Positions 53,859-63,446 of a stretch of DNA of 64,000 nucleotides are shown one piece after another. The stretch comes from a virus (Duplodnaviria > Heunggongvirae > Uroviricota > Caudoviricetes). The position numbers and the translations under genes were made by a program. The notes beneath the pieces were generated by a model, which saw only the letters and a program-made list of their open reading frames with translations, was not told where the DNA came from and made no database searches. Numbering within the stretch: the first letter of the stretch is position 1; every line of letters starts with the position of its first letter. The stretch lies in the IMG/VR virus record IMGVR_UViG_3300033153_011579. One strand, written 5' to 3'.

Positions 53859-54467
53859 ATGCCCGCGTACTTCCACATCATCGACCCTAACGGCCACATC
53901 GTACGGATCGATGCGTCGACCCACGCCCAAACCACGATCGAGTACGAGCACCACGAAATCCATGGCTCCAGCTCGTTCACCTGCTGGTACGAGCAAGAGG
54001 TCTCGGACGATGGCGACCAATCGATCATCGCCTTCAAGACTCCCGCTGGAGCCAAGTGGGGCCACCTCACGTTTGCCGCCTCAGCCTCGCAGCCGGCGGA
54101 GGCCTGGATCCTCGAAGCCCCCGACGTCGTCGACAACACAGGAGCGCCGCTCGCAATCTGGAACAGAAACCGGGCCATCATCCTACCCAGCATAATGATC
54201 GACACCTCCCAGAACCCGGACGTCGTCGACCAGGCCACCTTCTTCACCGAGGTGACGATGGGTAACGTCACGGCTGGCGACGAGATCGACCACCAGCACC
54301 TCGAAGCGGGTCGGGGACCCCGTGCGATCGGCGGAGTATCCCGAGGCTCTCAGGAGTGGATACTCAAGCCCGAGGTCCACTATGCATTCATCGTCGAGTC
54401 CCTGAACGACGACACCAACGTCCACAACCTCCAGGTCAACTGGTACGAGCATACGGATAGAAACTGA
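53859..54467 (+). CDS. hypothetical structural protein (202 aa)
   Basis: ORF. Confidence 0.5.
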   Translation: MPAYFHIIDPNGHIVRIDASTHAQTTIEYEHHEIHGSSSFTCWYEQEVSDDGDQSIIAFKTPAGAKWGHLTFAASASQPAEAWILEAPDVVDNTGAPLAIWNRNRAIILPSIMIDTSQNPDVVDQATFFTEVTMGNVTAGDEIDHQHLEAGRGPRAIGGVSRGSQEWILKPEVHYAFIVESLNDDTNVHNLQVNWYEHTDRN

Positions 54468-55105
54468 TGAGCCGCCTTCTCCCACACGACGTTACCGCCG
54501 AAGACAGAATGCGCCGCTGTTTTTTTGGTACGCGGTTCCGTCGGCCGGGAGATGAAGTCGAGAAACAGGGTGTGATCAGCGGTGCGCCTGTTATCAATCG
54601 AGGTGCGACGTTCGATGGCGTGAACGACTACATCACCTACGGGTTGTGGGGGCAGTTCACCGATAAGGACCCCGTCTCGTTTCACTGCTTGTTCTACCCC
54701 AATATAGTCCCATCCGGCGCAATGACTGAGTTTCCGTTTTTTGATACGCCCGATGCTTCGTTGAACTACGCTTGCAGGTTGACAACGACTGGCACATTCC
54801 AGTTTCGTGTCGGCAACGTATCACTCATCAACATAGCTGTCGGGGTGTACTCCGCGCTGTGGAATAATGGCGGCCGAAACTTGGTGACACTGTCCTCAAC
54901 TAGCGGGGCGAGTGACATCATGTTCAACGGAACCGTGCTCGCTGCGGCTGTTGATACAGCTTGGACCCCGACGGTTGTCACTTCATTGGCCATTGGTCGG
55001 AGATCGGGTGCGCGATTCAACGGACGTATGGAGTCTCTCCACCTCTTCAACAGTCTCCTCAGCGAAGAAGACCACCAGGCGATCTGGGCTGGGGGAGGTG
55101 CCTGA
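54467..55105 (+). CDS. LamG/concanavalin-A-like jelly-roll domain protein 1 (212 aa)
   Basis: GATFDGVNDYITYG ... FNGTVLAAAV ... GRMESLHLFNSLLSEEDHQAIW fits the LamG_3 signature. Confidence 0.55.
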   Translation: MSRLLPHDVTAEDRMRRCFFGTRFRRPGDEVEKQGVISGAPVINRGATFDGVNDYITYGLWGQFTDKDPVSFHCLFYPNIVPSGAMTEFPFFDTPDASLNYACRLTTTGTFQFRVGNVSLINIAVGVYSALWNNGGRNLVTLSSTSGASDIMFNGTVLAAAVDTAWTPTVVTSLAIGRRSGARFNGRMESLHLFNSLLSEEDHQAIWAGGGA

Positions 55106-55794
55106 TGGGCCTCTATAACTGGCGCAACAAGCTCCTCCTGGACCTGCCGATGTTGATGCGGGACCACGACCCCGGCAACACCCTGTCGGTCAACAGAGGG
55201 CGTGCGGGAGCGGCCCTCGATGCAACATGGACCGCTGGAGTCACTGCACCGACGAAGCTCGGATACCGGAGGGGGTACTCGTTCGATGGTGCCGACATTA
55301 TGTTGGTTGCGGATGATGCGTCAATCCGATTCGGTACTGGTGATTTCACTGTATTATCAACTTTTGGCACTACGCAGAGTGCGAATCCTGCCAGGACTAT
55401 CGTAGCGAAAGGCACTGTCGGCGTTGATGAGTGGTTGTTTTATCGCTTTGCCGCTGGAGGTATTCAAAGTATTAGATTTTACGGTGACGGTGGTGCACTC
55501 AACGTAACAGCTGTTTGGACTGGGCGGCATCAGGGCGTCAACACAGGCGTGTTTGTGCGTAGCGGTGATGACGGGTTTCTCTACATCGGAGGGCAGCAAG
55601 TAGCGACACAAGCAGGCATCGCAGCGGTTGATCTGAGCACGACAAAAGATGCTTCAATTGGATCTGCTAATGAGGGTGGTGAACGTTACTGGGTCGACGA
55701 CATCTACCACGTCGGCATGGCCAACTTCGCGCTGAGCCCCCATCAGGTCGCCCAGTACCACAGCACGATGATGCGGAGGCTCCATGCGCTTTGA
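55105..55794 (+). CDS. LamG-like domain protein 2 (229 aa)
   Basis: YSFDGADIMLVADD...GDFTV...FLYIGGQQV...DDIYHVGMANFALSPHQVAQY. Confidence 0.5.
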   Translation: MGLYNWRNKLLLDLPMLMRDHDPGNTLSVNRGRAGAALDATWTAGVTAPTKLGYRRGYSFDGADIMLVADDASIRFGTGDFTVLSTFGTTQSANPARTIVAKGTVGVDEWLFYRFAAGGIQSIRFYGDGGALNVTAVWTGRHQGVNTGVFVRSGDDGFLYIGGQQVATQAGIAAVDLSTTKDASIGSANEGGERYWVDDIYHVGMANFALSPHQVAQYHSTMMRRLHAL

Positions 55795-55875
55795 CTTGCA
55801 AAGTAGTAGCGACATGAGGAGCTACCGGTCAGTCCCCGCAGGGGACAAGACTATCGGAACACCCGAGGTGTTACG

Positions 55876-56532
55876 ATGAGCTTCCTCCAGCAGTCGATCC
55901 GGGACCAGTCACTCGTCGAGTGGGTCGACCTGCGTCGTTGGAACGCCAACTTCAACGACCTCTCCGGTCAAGGGGCCGTCGGGACGCCCTCCGACGTCTG
56001 GTACGGTGGTGGTGGAGTGCAGTTCGCCAACGACGACGGCTACATCAGCGTGCCTGACGTCGCCGCACACCGAAACGACGCCCTGTCGATCGTAGTCGTC
56101 GGTGAGTTCGACAGGCTCGAGCGTCCCGCCGCCAACCCAGGATTCCTGCTCACCAGGATGGACGGCGGTGGAAACATCGAGTGGCAGTTCGGGATCGACG
56201 ACACTCCGCAACTGTTCTTCGTCGATACCAACGCGTCGGCGACAGTCACAAGAGCAGTCGACTACCGCGGCATGCGCTCGCTTGGGCTGACCACCACGAA
56301 TGGCGGTACGCCGATTGGTTACGGTCAAGGGCTCTCGCTCGGTAATTTCTCCGGTGCGGCAGACGTCGATGCAAACGTCGATATGCTGCTGTACCTCGGG
56401 AACAACGACGACTTCGACCGGTCGATGCTCAACCCCATGCACGCCGCCCTGCTCTTCAATCGACCTCTCGACGAAGAAGAGATGGCCGTCCTCCACGGCG
56501 AGCTCATGGCGCTCCCCGGAGGTGAGCACTGA
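55876..56532 (+). CDS. LamG-like domain protein 3 (218 aa)
   Basis: DDGYISVPDVAAHRNDALSIVVVGEF...LYLGNND...NRPLDEEEMAVL. Confidence 0.55.
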   Translation: MSFLQQSIRDQSLVEWVDLRRWNANFNDLSGQGAVGTPSDVWYGGGGVQFANDDGYISVPDVAAHRNDALSIVVVGEFDRLERPAANPGFLLTRMDGGGNIEWQFGIDDTPQLFFVDTNASATVTRAVDYRGMRSLGLTTTNGGTPIGYGQGLSLGNFSGAADVDANVDMLLYLGNNDDFDRSMLNPMHAALLFNRPLDEEEMAVLHGELMALPGGEH

Positions 56533-57872
56533 TGCCGCGTGCATACGCCACACGACGAGTTCTCCTCGTGCCCGACCTCGCCGACCCCGCCCTCTACGGA
56601 GCGTGGACCATGGTGCCACGAGGTGGCCTCCTTGTTGACCACACTCCCCAAGGGAACGACGGCGTCCCAGGCGCGTCTTCCGGAGTCGAGCACACAATCC
56701 TCGGCCCGATGCGGAGGTATTGGCCGAATAGCGGAGCTGGCGGGTCCGTGATCGGTGCTCCTGGAGACTTCGCTCTGGGCGATCTGACATGCTGCTTTTG
56801 GACGCGGATGGATATTGGAGCTGCGCCTGATGCCTATGGGTTTGGCTACCGATTGAACAACAACGATCAGTGGTGGCTTCGCGTTCGTGCTGGGTTGGTC
56901 TCTATTTTCGACGACATCGATAATGCTGGAGCAAATCTGTACCAGACACTGGTTCAGGCGGGCAGGCTGGTTCACGTTGTTGGTGTGATGGATAATCTTG
57001 AAAATCTTCTGTACCTTGACAACGTCTTGGTGGGCTCGGGCACCTTTGCCTCTGACAACTGGGCGAGTTTTGCTGGGCAGTTGTATCACGGTGCGAGGAC
57101 CACTGGCGCTGATCCAGTTCAAGGCATCGTCTCACCCGCTCTCGTCCACAACGCAGCCAAGGACCAGGCCTGGGTCACCAAGGACTACATGAAGGGCGCT
57201 TCGGCCGTCCAGTTCAAAACCGACTGGGGCGTCAAACAGAGCGTCGGGAACGAAGTCGCCAACGCTCGCGTCGGCCACAATAGCTCGCCCTTCGAGATCG
57301 TCAGCGGTACCTGGCAGATGACCATGGACACCATCGACGGTGTCGACGTCAAGGTGATGGAGTGTATCGCTGCTGGAGTGGTCGGGATGCCGACCTCGCT
57401 GTTCGAGGCGACCCCAACCGAGGCGGCATTTGGGACGTGGGAGTGGTGGTTGACCAAGGTCGACGGCAGTTCACCTTATGTGATGTTCGCTGGATCTGAC
57501 CTTGCTGCTATAGCCGGTGGGACACAGAGCGGATACGACATTATTATCAACTCTGCCGAGCGTGTCTTTTTTCAAGAGTGTGCTGCTGGTGCTCCGGTAA
57601 GCTCTTGGTGGACTGACATCGATTATGTGACACCCGGATCATGGAACAAGTTCAGAGTCACTAGGAGATATGACGGCCAGTTCACCGTATACATGGATGA
57701 CGTTTTAATCAACGCGACTGGCGGTGTGGAGTCTAACCCCTTCACCGATCTGACCACCACGACAGCCAACTACGTCGTGCTCGAATTCGACGCCGGAGAT
57801 AAATTTGGGTATGCCGACCGTCGCGGCTCACACAGTTTCGTAAAATACCTCGGGGTCATCCCCCCAGGGTAG
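56532..57872 (+). CDS. LamG-like domain protein 4 with C-terminal extension (446 aa)
   Basis: DLTCCFWTRMD...NLLYLDNVLVGSG N-terminal domain; ATGA overlap. Confidence 0.5.
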   Translation: MPRAYATRRVLLVPDLADPALYGAWTMVPRGGLLVDHTPQGNDGVPGASSGVEHTILGPMRRYWPNSGAGGSVIGAPGDFALGDLTCCFWTRMDIGAAPDAYGFGYRLNNNDQWWLRVRAGLVSIFDDIDNAGANLYQTLVQAGRLVHVVGVMDNLENLLYLDNVLVGSGTFASDNWASFAGQLYHGARTTGADPVQGIVSPALVHNAAKDQAWVTKDYMKGASAVQFKTDWGVKQSVGNEVANARVGHNSSPFEIVSGTWQMTMDTIDGVDVKVMECIAAGVVGMPTSLFEATPTEAAFGTWEWWLTKVDGSSPYVMFAGSDLAAIAGGTQSGYDIIINSAERVFFQECAAGAPVSSWWTDIDYVTPGSWNKFRVTRRYDGQFTVYMDDVLINATGGVESNPFTDLTTTTANYVVLEFDAGDKFGYADRRGSHSFVKYLGVIPPG

Positions 57873-57884
57873 GAGGATAGAAGG

Positions 57885-58640
57885 ATGGGCAACCAGTATT
57901 ACGGACGATCGTGGAACGAGCTGATGGAGCTCTGCACGGCCGAGTATCGGTTCTACCGAAACTCGCAGCGGAACTTCCGCCCGGCGAACATCGGTGCGGG
58001 AACCGGTGTCGCCGACATGGGCGAGTACCTGATCGACGCCGACAACGTGCCCAAGCAGTCGGTGTGTCTCGGGATGCCGGCCTTCTGTGTCGACTACCCC
58101 ACGGCCCACTTCAACTTCCCCCAGAACTTCGACGATACGATGGGGGCCGAGGACGCCTTTACCCTGGAGTACCTCGGTGTCGTCCAGGACCGCCTGATAC
58201 CAGATAGGTACATGGCCCTGGTCGGCGAAGATGGCGCGGCGACTCCCTACGTCGGGATCCGCGATGACAACCTGGTCGAGATGGATTTCGGCACGCAGCA
58301 GGTCTCGAACGGTCTCTGCGAGTGGTGGAAAGACGGTCTGATCCACTTCGTCGTCTCTCGGGCGGCTGGTGCAGCGCCCGAAACGGAAATTTACATCAAC
58401 GGAGTGCGGATCGACTTCGTCAGTCGTCTGGCTGGCGCGGGGGCCTTCACCGACGCCGCCGGCCAGATCTTCAACCACGCCGACAACAACGGAGACCAGC
58501 ACCCGTGGTGGGGTCACCACTTCATGCTCCGGCAATATTCGGCGGCGTTGAGGAAGTCCGAGGTCATCGAGATGTTCCAGGACGCGCAGCGCCTGATCCC
58601 GCATCACCTGATGCACATCCCGGTCGACTCGGCGGAGTAA
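57885..58640 (+). CDS. LamG-like domain protein 5 (251 aa)
   Basis: EWWKDGLIHFVVSRAAG...EIYINGVRIDF...LRKSEVIEMF. Confidence 0.45.
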   Translation: MGNQYYGRSWNELMELCTAEYRFYRNSQRNFRPANIGAGTGVADMGEYLIDADNVPKQSVCLGMPAFCVDYPTAHFNFPQNFDDTMGAEDAFTLEYLGVVQDRLIPDRYMALVGEDGAATPYVGIRDDNLVEMDFGTQQVSNGLCEWWKDGLIHFVVSRAAGAAPETEIYINGVRIDFVSRLAGAGAFTDAAGQIFNHADNNGDQHPWWGHHFMLRQYSAALRKSEVIEMFQDAQRLIPHHLMHIPVDSAE

Positions 58641-58663
58641 GAACGAAGCGGTAGGAGGATAAC

Positions 58664-59158
58664 GTGGGAGACAGCGACACACTGATCGAGATCGCCAAGA
58701 GCCTGGGAGAGGTCAATGGCTCGATGGCCGGCGTCCATCGCGAGATGAAAGGTGTTCGTGGAGAGGTTCGAGAGCTGCGGGACGAGGTCAAGGAGATGCC
58801 CGACCAGTGGAGGGCGGAAGCTGCGGACATCGTCGAAAACTGCAGAGAGCGACGGGACGAGCTCGCCGAGGCGAAAGAGCGTGGGGAGTCCACCGCGGTC
58901 ACAAACCTCGCCAAGGAACAGGCAAGATCTCGGAGGCCGTCCACGCCTCCCCGGAAGCGCGACAGTTGGATCGACAGCGTCGTCAAGACGGCGATGAAGC
59001 CGGTCATCACTACGCTGGTGGTGGTCTGCATGGCCGCCGGCGCGGGGTTCGCCGTGTCCCACTGTAGCAACGGCAAAACGGTCGAGCCGGCTGATCTGAA
59101 GGCGCTCGAGGATAATTTGCTCGAGCGGTTCAAGAAGGTGAACGGAGGCGAGCGATGA
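58664..59158 (+). CDS. coiled-coil protein with internal TM segment (164 aa; GTG start)
   Basis: VITTLVVVCMAAGAGFAVS. Confidence 0.45.
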   Translation: MGDSDTLIEIAKSLGEVNGSMAGVHREMKGVRGEVRELRDEVKEMPDQWRAEAADIVENCRERRDELAEAKERGESTAVTNLAKEQARSRRPSTPPRKRDSWIDSVVKTAMKPVITTLVVVCMAAGAGFAVSHCSNGKTVEPADLKALEDNLLERFKKVNGGER

Positions 59159-59682
59159 GTAACCTCGACCCAGCTCTGTGCAAGTGGGAGCTGGTCAAGA
59201 AGTGGGACTATCAAGACGTCACCATGGAGCGGGCCTTTGCAGAAGGCGGCGGCCTGGTGGTCGGTGGCAAGCTCCGGGGCCACGCTGCTTCGGGATTCGT
59301 CCTGAGCGACCTCGGCGTCCCCTCTGAGCTGATCGACGAGATGGCCGATAAGTTCGGGAAGACGTGGGAGGTCCTCCTGTTCGTGACGTCTCCCCATCCG
59401 GTGGGTGCCGGGAACTTCACGCTTGCCGAAGAGGTGTATGCCCTGTGGGCCTACAAGGCGACCTGGCCGCCGCCGATGCACTCGTCGCTGGACTACGTCC
59501 CCGACGCGGTGCTGAGGAACGCGCGGCTGTTCAAGCTGCAGTGCCCGACGGAGGCCGCGCCCTGGCTCCAGAAGAAGAAAGAGCATTCGATGAAGCCCCG
59601 GAGCTCTATCTGGGTTCCCGTAATTGGCGGTTTTTGCCTGGTGGGAACCTGGTTGCTCGCGCGAAAAAGGAAGAAGCGGTGA
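59155..59682 (+). CDS. protein with C-terminal TM anchor (175 aa)
   Basis: C-terminal IWVPVIGGFCLVGTWLLARKRKKR. Confidence 0.45.
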   Translation: MSNLDPALCKWELVKKWDYQDVTMERAFAEGGGLVVGGKLRGHAASGFVLSDLGVPSELIDEMADKFGKTWEVLLFVTSPHPVGAGNFTLAEEVYALWAYKATWPPPMHSSLDYVPDAVLRNARLFKLQCPTEAAPWLQKKKEHSMKPRSSIWVPVIGGFCLVGTWLLARKRKKR

Positions 59683-59712
59683 GCCACCGCTGGCAATATA
59701 GGAGGCCCACTG

Positions 59713-61014
59713 GTGGGTGACTGGGACAAAAAGTGCCGCGATCCTAAAACTGCAAAACTGGCTAGCCAGTGTGCGCGGCGTGGGTACCTGTCCGATAACA
59801 TAGGCGGCCTAGGCCGCTTCGGGACGGTGAAGACGTACGCCGCGCCAGAGCGAGGGCCTCTGGAGCGCGTGAAGTCCGCTGAGAACATGGGGCCGACCCG
59901 GTCTCAGCTGTTCACATGGACGACGAAGGTCCACGCGCCGAGCTGGAGCTTGCCCGCGGTTGGCACCTGTCCGGGGGCGTGTGGAGTCGACAAGAAGTCC
60001 ATCAGAGACACGAAGAAAATACCGAAAAAATGCCTCGGGTGCTACGCGTACAACGCGGGGAAGTACGGGACCGAAGAGGTGAAGAACGCTCAGCACCGGC
60101 GGTGGGCGTGGTTCGATTCTCAGCCCAAGAAGGAAGTCGTCAAGGGGTTGGTCGAGGCGATCAAGGTCTCCGGGCGAGACGATTGCACGACCAGCCGCGC
60201 GAAGAAGTCCGACCCGTGGACGTGCAAGAAGGACGAGGGCGGCCGGAAGGTATGCGCTCGCGAGGATCCGGTGACGTGCAAGACGACGGTGAGCGGGCTG
60301 CCGACACACTTCCGACTATTCGACTCGGGAGATTTCCACGACGCGAGAGCGGTATGGATCTGGCGGAGCGTCGCGAGAAAACTCCCGGACATCAAGTTCT
60401 GGGCTCCGACGACCGCGTGGATCGACCACAAGTACGAGCATCCCGAGGACAAGCAGAAGGAGGTCGACCTCCACCTCGAGCTCGGCCGGCTCGCGAAGAT
60501 GAAGAACGTTACTCTGCGGCCGAGCGCGTTGAGTCTCGACCGCGCAGCTCCCGACGTCGAGATCGGCGGCCGGAAGGTCGCGGGGAGCGGGATCGTCTCG
60601 TGGGAGGCGATGAAGACGACGGCCAAATGTCCGTGGGAGGACAAGCCGACGAAAAACAAGTGCAAGCGCACGTACCGGCACCTGCCGCAGGCGAAGACGC
60701 TGTCGGGCAAACCGGTCATTTACGACCCGGACGACGATTCGACCAGGCCGGAGAAGGTAAAGGTCAACGGGAAGGTCCACCGGCTCTGTCCGGGTGACTG
60801 TGCGAAGTGCATGGCGTGCTGGAACAAGCGAGAGCGGGTGGTGTACGTGCAGCACGGTCCTGACGCGAAGGCGAAGGAAAGGATGCTCGAGCGGGGCGAG
60901 GACATGCTCGAGTACATGGAATTGCTGTTCCCGCAATACGCGGACCTCGGGCCGGACAGTGCGGACCACCCGGCGCAACGGTTTTTGGCGGCACAGCGAA
61001 AGAAGGCCCACTAG
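59713..61014 (+). CDS. Cys-rich hypothetical protein (433 aa; GTG start inside the CCACTGGTGG palindrome)
   Basis: Many CxxC pairs (CPGACG, CLGCYAYN, CPGDCAKCMAC). Confidence 0.5.
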   Translation: MGDWDKKCRDPKTAKLASQCARRGYLSDNIGGLGRFGTVKTYAAPERGPLERVKSAENMGPTRSQLFTWTTKVHAPSWSLPAVGTCPGACGVDKKSIRDTKKIPKKCLGCYAYNAGKYGTEEVKNAQHRRWAWFDSQPKKEVVKGLVEAIKVSGRDDCTTSRAKKSDPWTCKKDEGGRKVCAREDPVTCKTTVSGLPTHFRLFDSGDFHDARAVWIWRSVARKLPDIKFWAPTTAWIDHKYEHPEDKQKEVDLHLELGRLAKMKNVTLRPSALSLDRAAPDVEIGGRKVAGSGIVSWEAMKTTAKCPWEDKPTKNKCKRTYRHLPQAKTLSGKPVIYDPDDDSTRPEKVKVNGKVHRLCPGDCAKCMACWNKRERVVYVQHGPDAKAKERMLERGEDMLEYMELLFPQYADLGPDSADHPAQRFLAAQRKKAH

Positions 61015-61019
61015 TGGGC
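61006..61019. promoter_or_regulatory. palindrome GCCCACTAGTGGGC (one of 3 exact and 2 near copies of CCACTAGTGG: 48052-48065, 59705-59718, 61006-61019, 61033-61046, 61404-61417)
   Basis: An exact 10-bp palindrome recurring in the late block, far above chance expectation. Confidence 0.6.
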
Positions 61020-61039
61020 TATTTTAAAGGAGGGCACTA

Positions 61040-61303
61040 GTGGCCAAACGAAGACCATGCAAAGGAGTAAGCGTCCGGCACGAGTTCAGCGGGCCGGTCG
61101 TCAGCAAAGGATATTCCACGGCGGAGGTAAGGTTCAAGAATGTAGGAAGGGACTTCCGAAACGAATTCGAGATCAAGTGCAAATATACCGACCCCAAGTC
61201 AAAAGTGAAAAAGTTAGTTGAGCGCATCAAGGTAGATGCGCAGCAAGAGGCAACCGACCGCGCCTGTGCACTGGTCAAGAGTCGTTGTAAGCGGAAGAAA
61301 TAA
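61040..61303 (+). CDS. small basic protein (87 aa; GTG start inside the palindrome)
   Basis: ORF. Confidence 0.45.
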   Translation: MAKRRPCKGVSVRHEFSGPVVSKGYSTAEVRFKNVGRDFRNEFEIKCKYTDPKSKVKKLVERIKVDAQQEATDRACALVKSRCKRKK

Positions 61304-61305
61304 GA

Positions 61306-61946
61306 TGCCCAAGAGTCCAGGACCAGCGACGTTGTTCATGCTGCTGACGGGTGGAGCTTTGCTCCTGGCCGGCGCGGTCCGCGCATTCTCCGGTGAGCAA
61401 AAAAGCCCACTAGTGGGCCCGAGGTATGTGGTGGCGGTGGGCGACTCTCTGACGGCGAACGGGTCGTATTGTCGGACGCTCGAGCGGATGCTTCCTGTCG
61501 GGTCGAGGGTGGACTGCGTCGGGTACGTTGGCGAGGGGGCGCAGGCGATCTCCACGAAGGTAGGGAAGGCGATCCTCGCCGGAGCAGACGACGTGATCGT
61601 GTTGGCCGGCGTGAACGACCTGGCGTCGGGTCGCGGGGTGCAGGGGACGGTCTCCGGGCTCGACAAGATTTACCAGAAGGGGAGGGCATCGGGCGCGCGG
61701 GTGATCGCAGTCCACCTGACTCCGTGGGCGGGGCATTCGAAAGGGTCGCAGCTACAGACCGAGACGTGGAAGGTGAACGCGTGGATGGCGAAATACCCAT
61801 CGGTCGAGATGGTGGTCGAGACGCAGGAGCTCGGTGATGCCGGCGTCCTCTACCCGGAGTACGGAGCTGGCGACGGGTTACATCTGAGCGAGGCGGGCCA
61901 GGACAAGCTGGCGGAGATCATCTTTAGCCAGGTGTACGGAGGATAG
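61306..61946 (+). CDS. secreted SGNH/GDSL-family hydrolase (213 aa)
   Basis: Signal peptide; YVVAVGDSLTANG (GDSL block I Ser) ... DGLHLSEAG (block V Asp-x-x-His). Confidence 0.6.
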
Positions 61947-61948
61947 GG

Positions 61949-62260
61949 ATGAAGAAGGGCACGAAGAAGGTTCTCATCGGCGGCGCGATCCTCGGCGGCC
62001 TCGTGCTGGCGGCGTTGTTCATCCGAGATCGGTTGCTCACGGCCGGGCCGGGGAAGTCATTTAAGGAAGAGCTCAAGCTGGCCTGGATCAAGGGATACAA
62101 CAAGGGTTGGAAGGAATACGGCAAGGGGGTGGAAAGCTACCCTCCTTACGATTACGGCGAGGATGATTTGCACACCGCGTGGTCGCTTGGTTACAGTCTC
62201 GGTCGTATGGACAAGGGAACAGATAAGGATCACAGTTATAAGAAAAACCCGTATGCGTGA
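61949..62260 (+). CDS. membrane-anchored small protein (103 aa; MKKGTKKVLIGGAILGGLVLAALF)
   Basis: N-terminus is paralogous to 63446-63802. Confidence 0.45.
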   Translation: MKKGTKKVLIGGAILGGLVLAALFIRDRLLTAGPGKSFKEELKLAWIKGYNKGWKEYGKGVESYPPYDYGEDDLHTAWSLGYSLGRMDKGTDKDHSYKKNPYA

Positions 62261-62380
62261 CAGAAAAAGCTCTTAAATTACAGGGGCAGCACTTTGCTGC
62301 TCTTGACAAGACAAAGGATCGTCTAATAAGCTCGCCCTCAGGGCGAGTTCTAGAGTGGGATAGCTCACAAGGAGGAGACG

Positions 62381-62725
62381 GTGTTCAACCCAGGTGTTTA
62401 CGGAAGTTCTTCGGTACCCGGTCTCGGCGTTCTCGGGATGTCTGGGTTCGACTACGAAAAGTTGATCGGCGAGGGCAAGAAGGCGCTCGACAACATCAAC
62501 AAGGGGAACGTGAAGATTCCGACCGAGAAAGAGCTCCAGGAGATGGTGTCGAAGCCGACGAAAGACCTCGCCGAGGAGATCGGCGGCCAGCTGGCGAAGG
62601 AGCATGGCACGGCGACGGGAAAAGCCGCCGCCGGCGAGCTCTGGACCAAGGCGAAACCGTTTGCGATCGGGGCACTTGTTCTCGTCGGCGGCATCCTGGT
62701 CGTGATGGCCGCGAGGAAAAAGTAG
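62381..62725 (+). CDS. protein with C-terminal TM anchor (114 aa; GTG start)
   Basis: C-terminal AIGALVLVGGILVVMAARKK. Confidence 0.45.
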   Translation: MFNPGVYGSSSVPGLGVLGMSGFDYEKLIGEGKKALDNINKGNVKIPTEKELQEMVSKPTKDLAEEIGGQLAKEHGTATGKAAAGELWTKAKPFAIGALVLVGGILVVMAARKK

Positions 62726-62726
62726 C

Positions 62727-62999
62727 ATGGCCCGCAAGCCCAAATACGGTCTACGGAAATCGCTCGAGTCGAAGCGCAGCACGTACGACCACGAGTTTCG
62801 AGCTCGGCAGTCGTGCGAGAATCCATGCCGCACGTATTTCAACAAGCTCGAGGCGGCGGTCGACCGCGGGAACACCAAAGTGGCCGAGTTTCACGCGAGC
62901 CGGTACTGGAGCTGCGTGTGGAGTTGCATGGATACGAGAGTCCCCAAGAAACTGAAGCGAACGCGTATCGCCGCGAAGATCAAGAAGCGGAGGAGATAG
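62727..62999 (+). CDS. small basic protein (90 aa)
   Basis: ORF. Confidence 0.45.
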   Translation: MARKPKYGLRKSLESKRSTYDHEFRARQSCENPCRTYFNKLEAAVDRGNTKVAEFHASRYWSCVWSCMDTRVPKKLKRTRIAAKIKKRRR

Positions 63000-63446
63000 A
63001 TGGGCTACACGCACTACTGGGAGATCAAACAAAATCTCACAGCCTCGGAGTGGATGAAGATCCAGCAGAAGGCGCGCGCGTTGATCAAAAAAGCGCGAGC
63101 CAAGGGGATCTGTGTGGCCGGTGGCGCGGGGGAAGGTTCTCCTGAGGTGAGCTCCAAGGAGATCTGGCTCAACGGCTGCGCGAAGAAGAAGTGGAAGCAC
63201 AAGTACGCGTACCCGGGAGCTGACCAGGCCCACGAGACGTTCAGCTTCAAGCCGAAAAAGCGGGAGTTCGATTTCTGCAAGACGGCGGAAAAACCCTACG
63301 ATGCGCTCGTGGTGTCCATCCTGAACGAGGCGAGGAAGATCGCCCCAAAGAAGATCCGAGTCAGCTCCGACGGTGGCGACGAGGCTATCAAAACCGTGCT
63401 CAAGGGACTCGGACTTCTACCGGCCAAGAAGCGGAGGAGAAGGTAA
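63000..63446 (+). CDS. hypothetical protein (148 aa)
   Basis: ORF. Confidence 0.45.
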   Translation: MGYTHYWEIKQNLTASEWMKIQQKARALIKKARAKGICVAGGAGEGSPEVSSKEIWLNGCAKKKWKHKYAYPGADQAHETFSFKPKKREFDFCKTAEKPYDALVVSILNEARKIAPKKIRVSSDGGDEAIKTVLKGLGLLPAKKRRRR

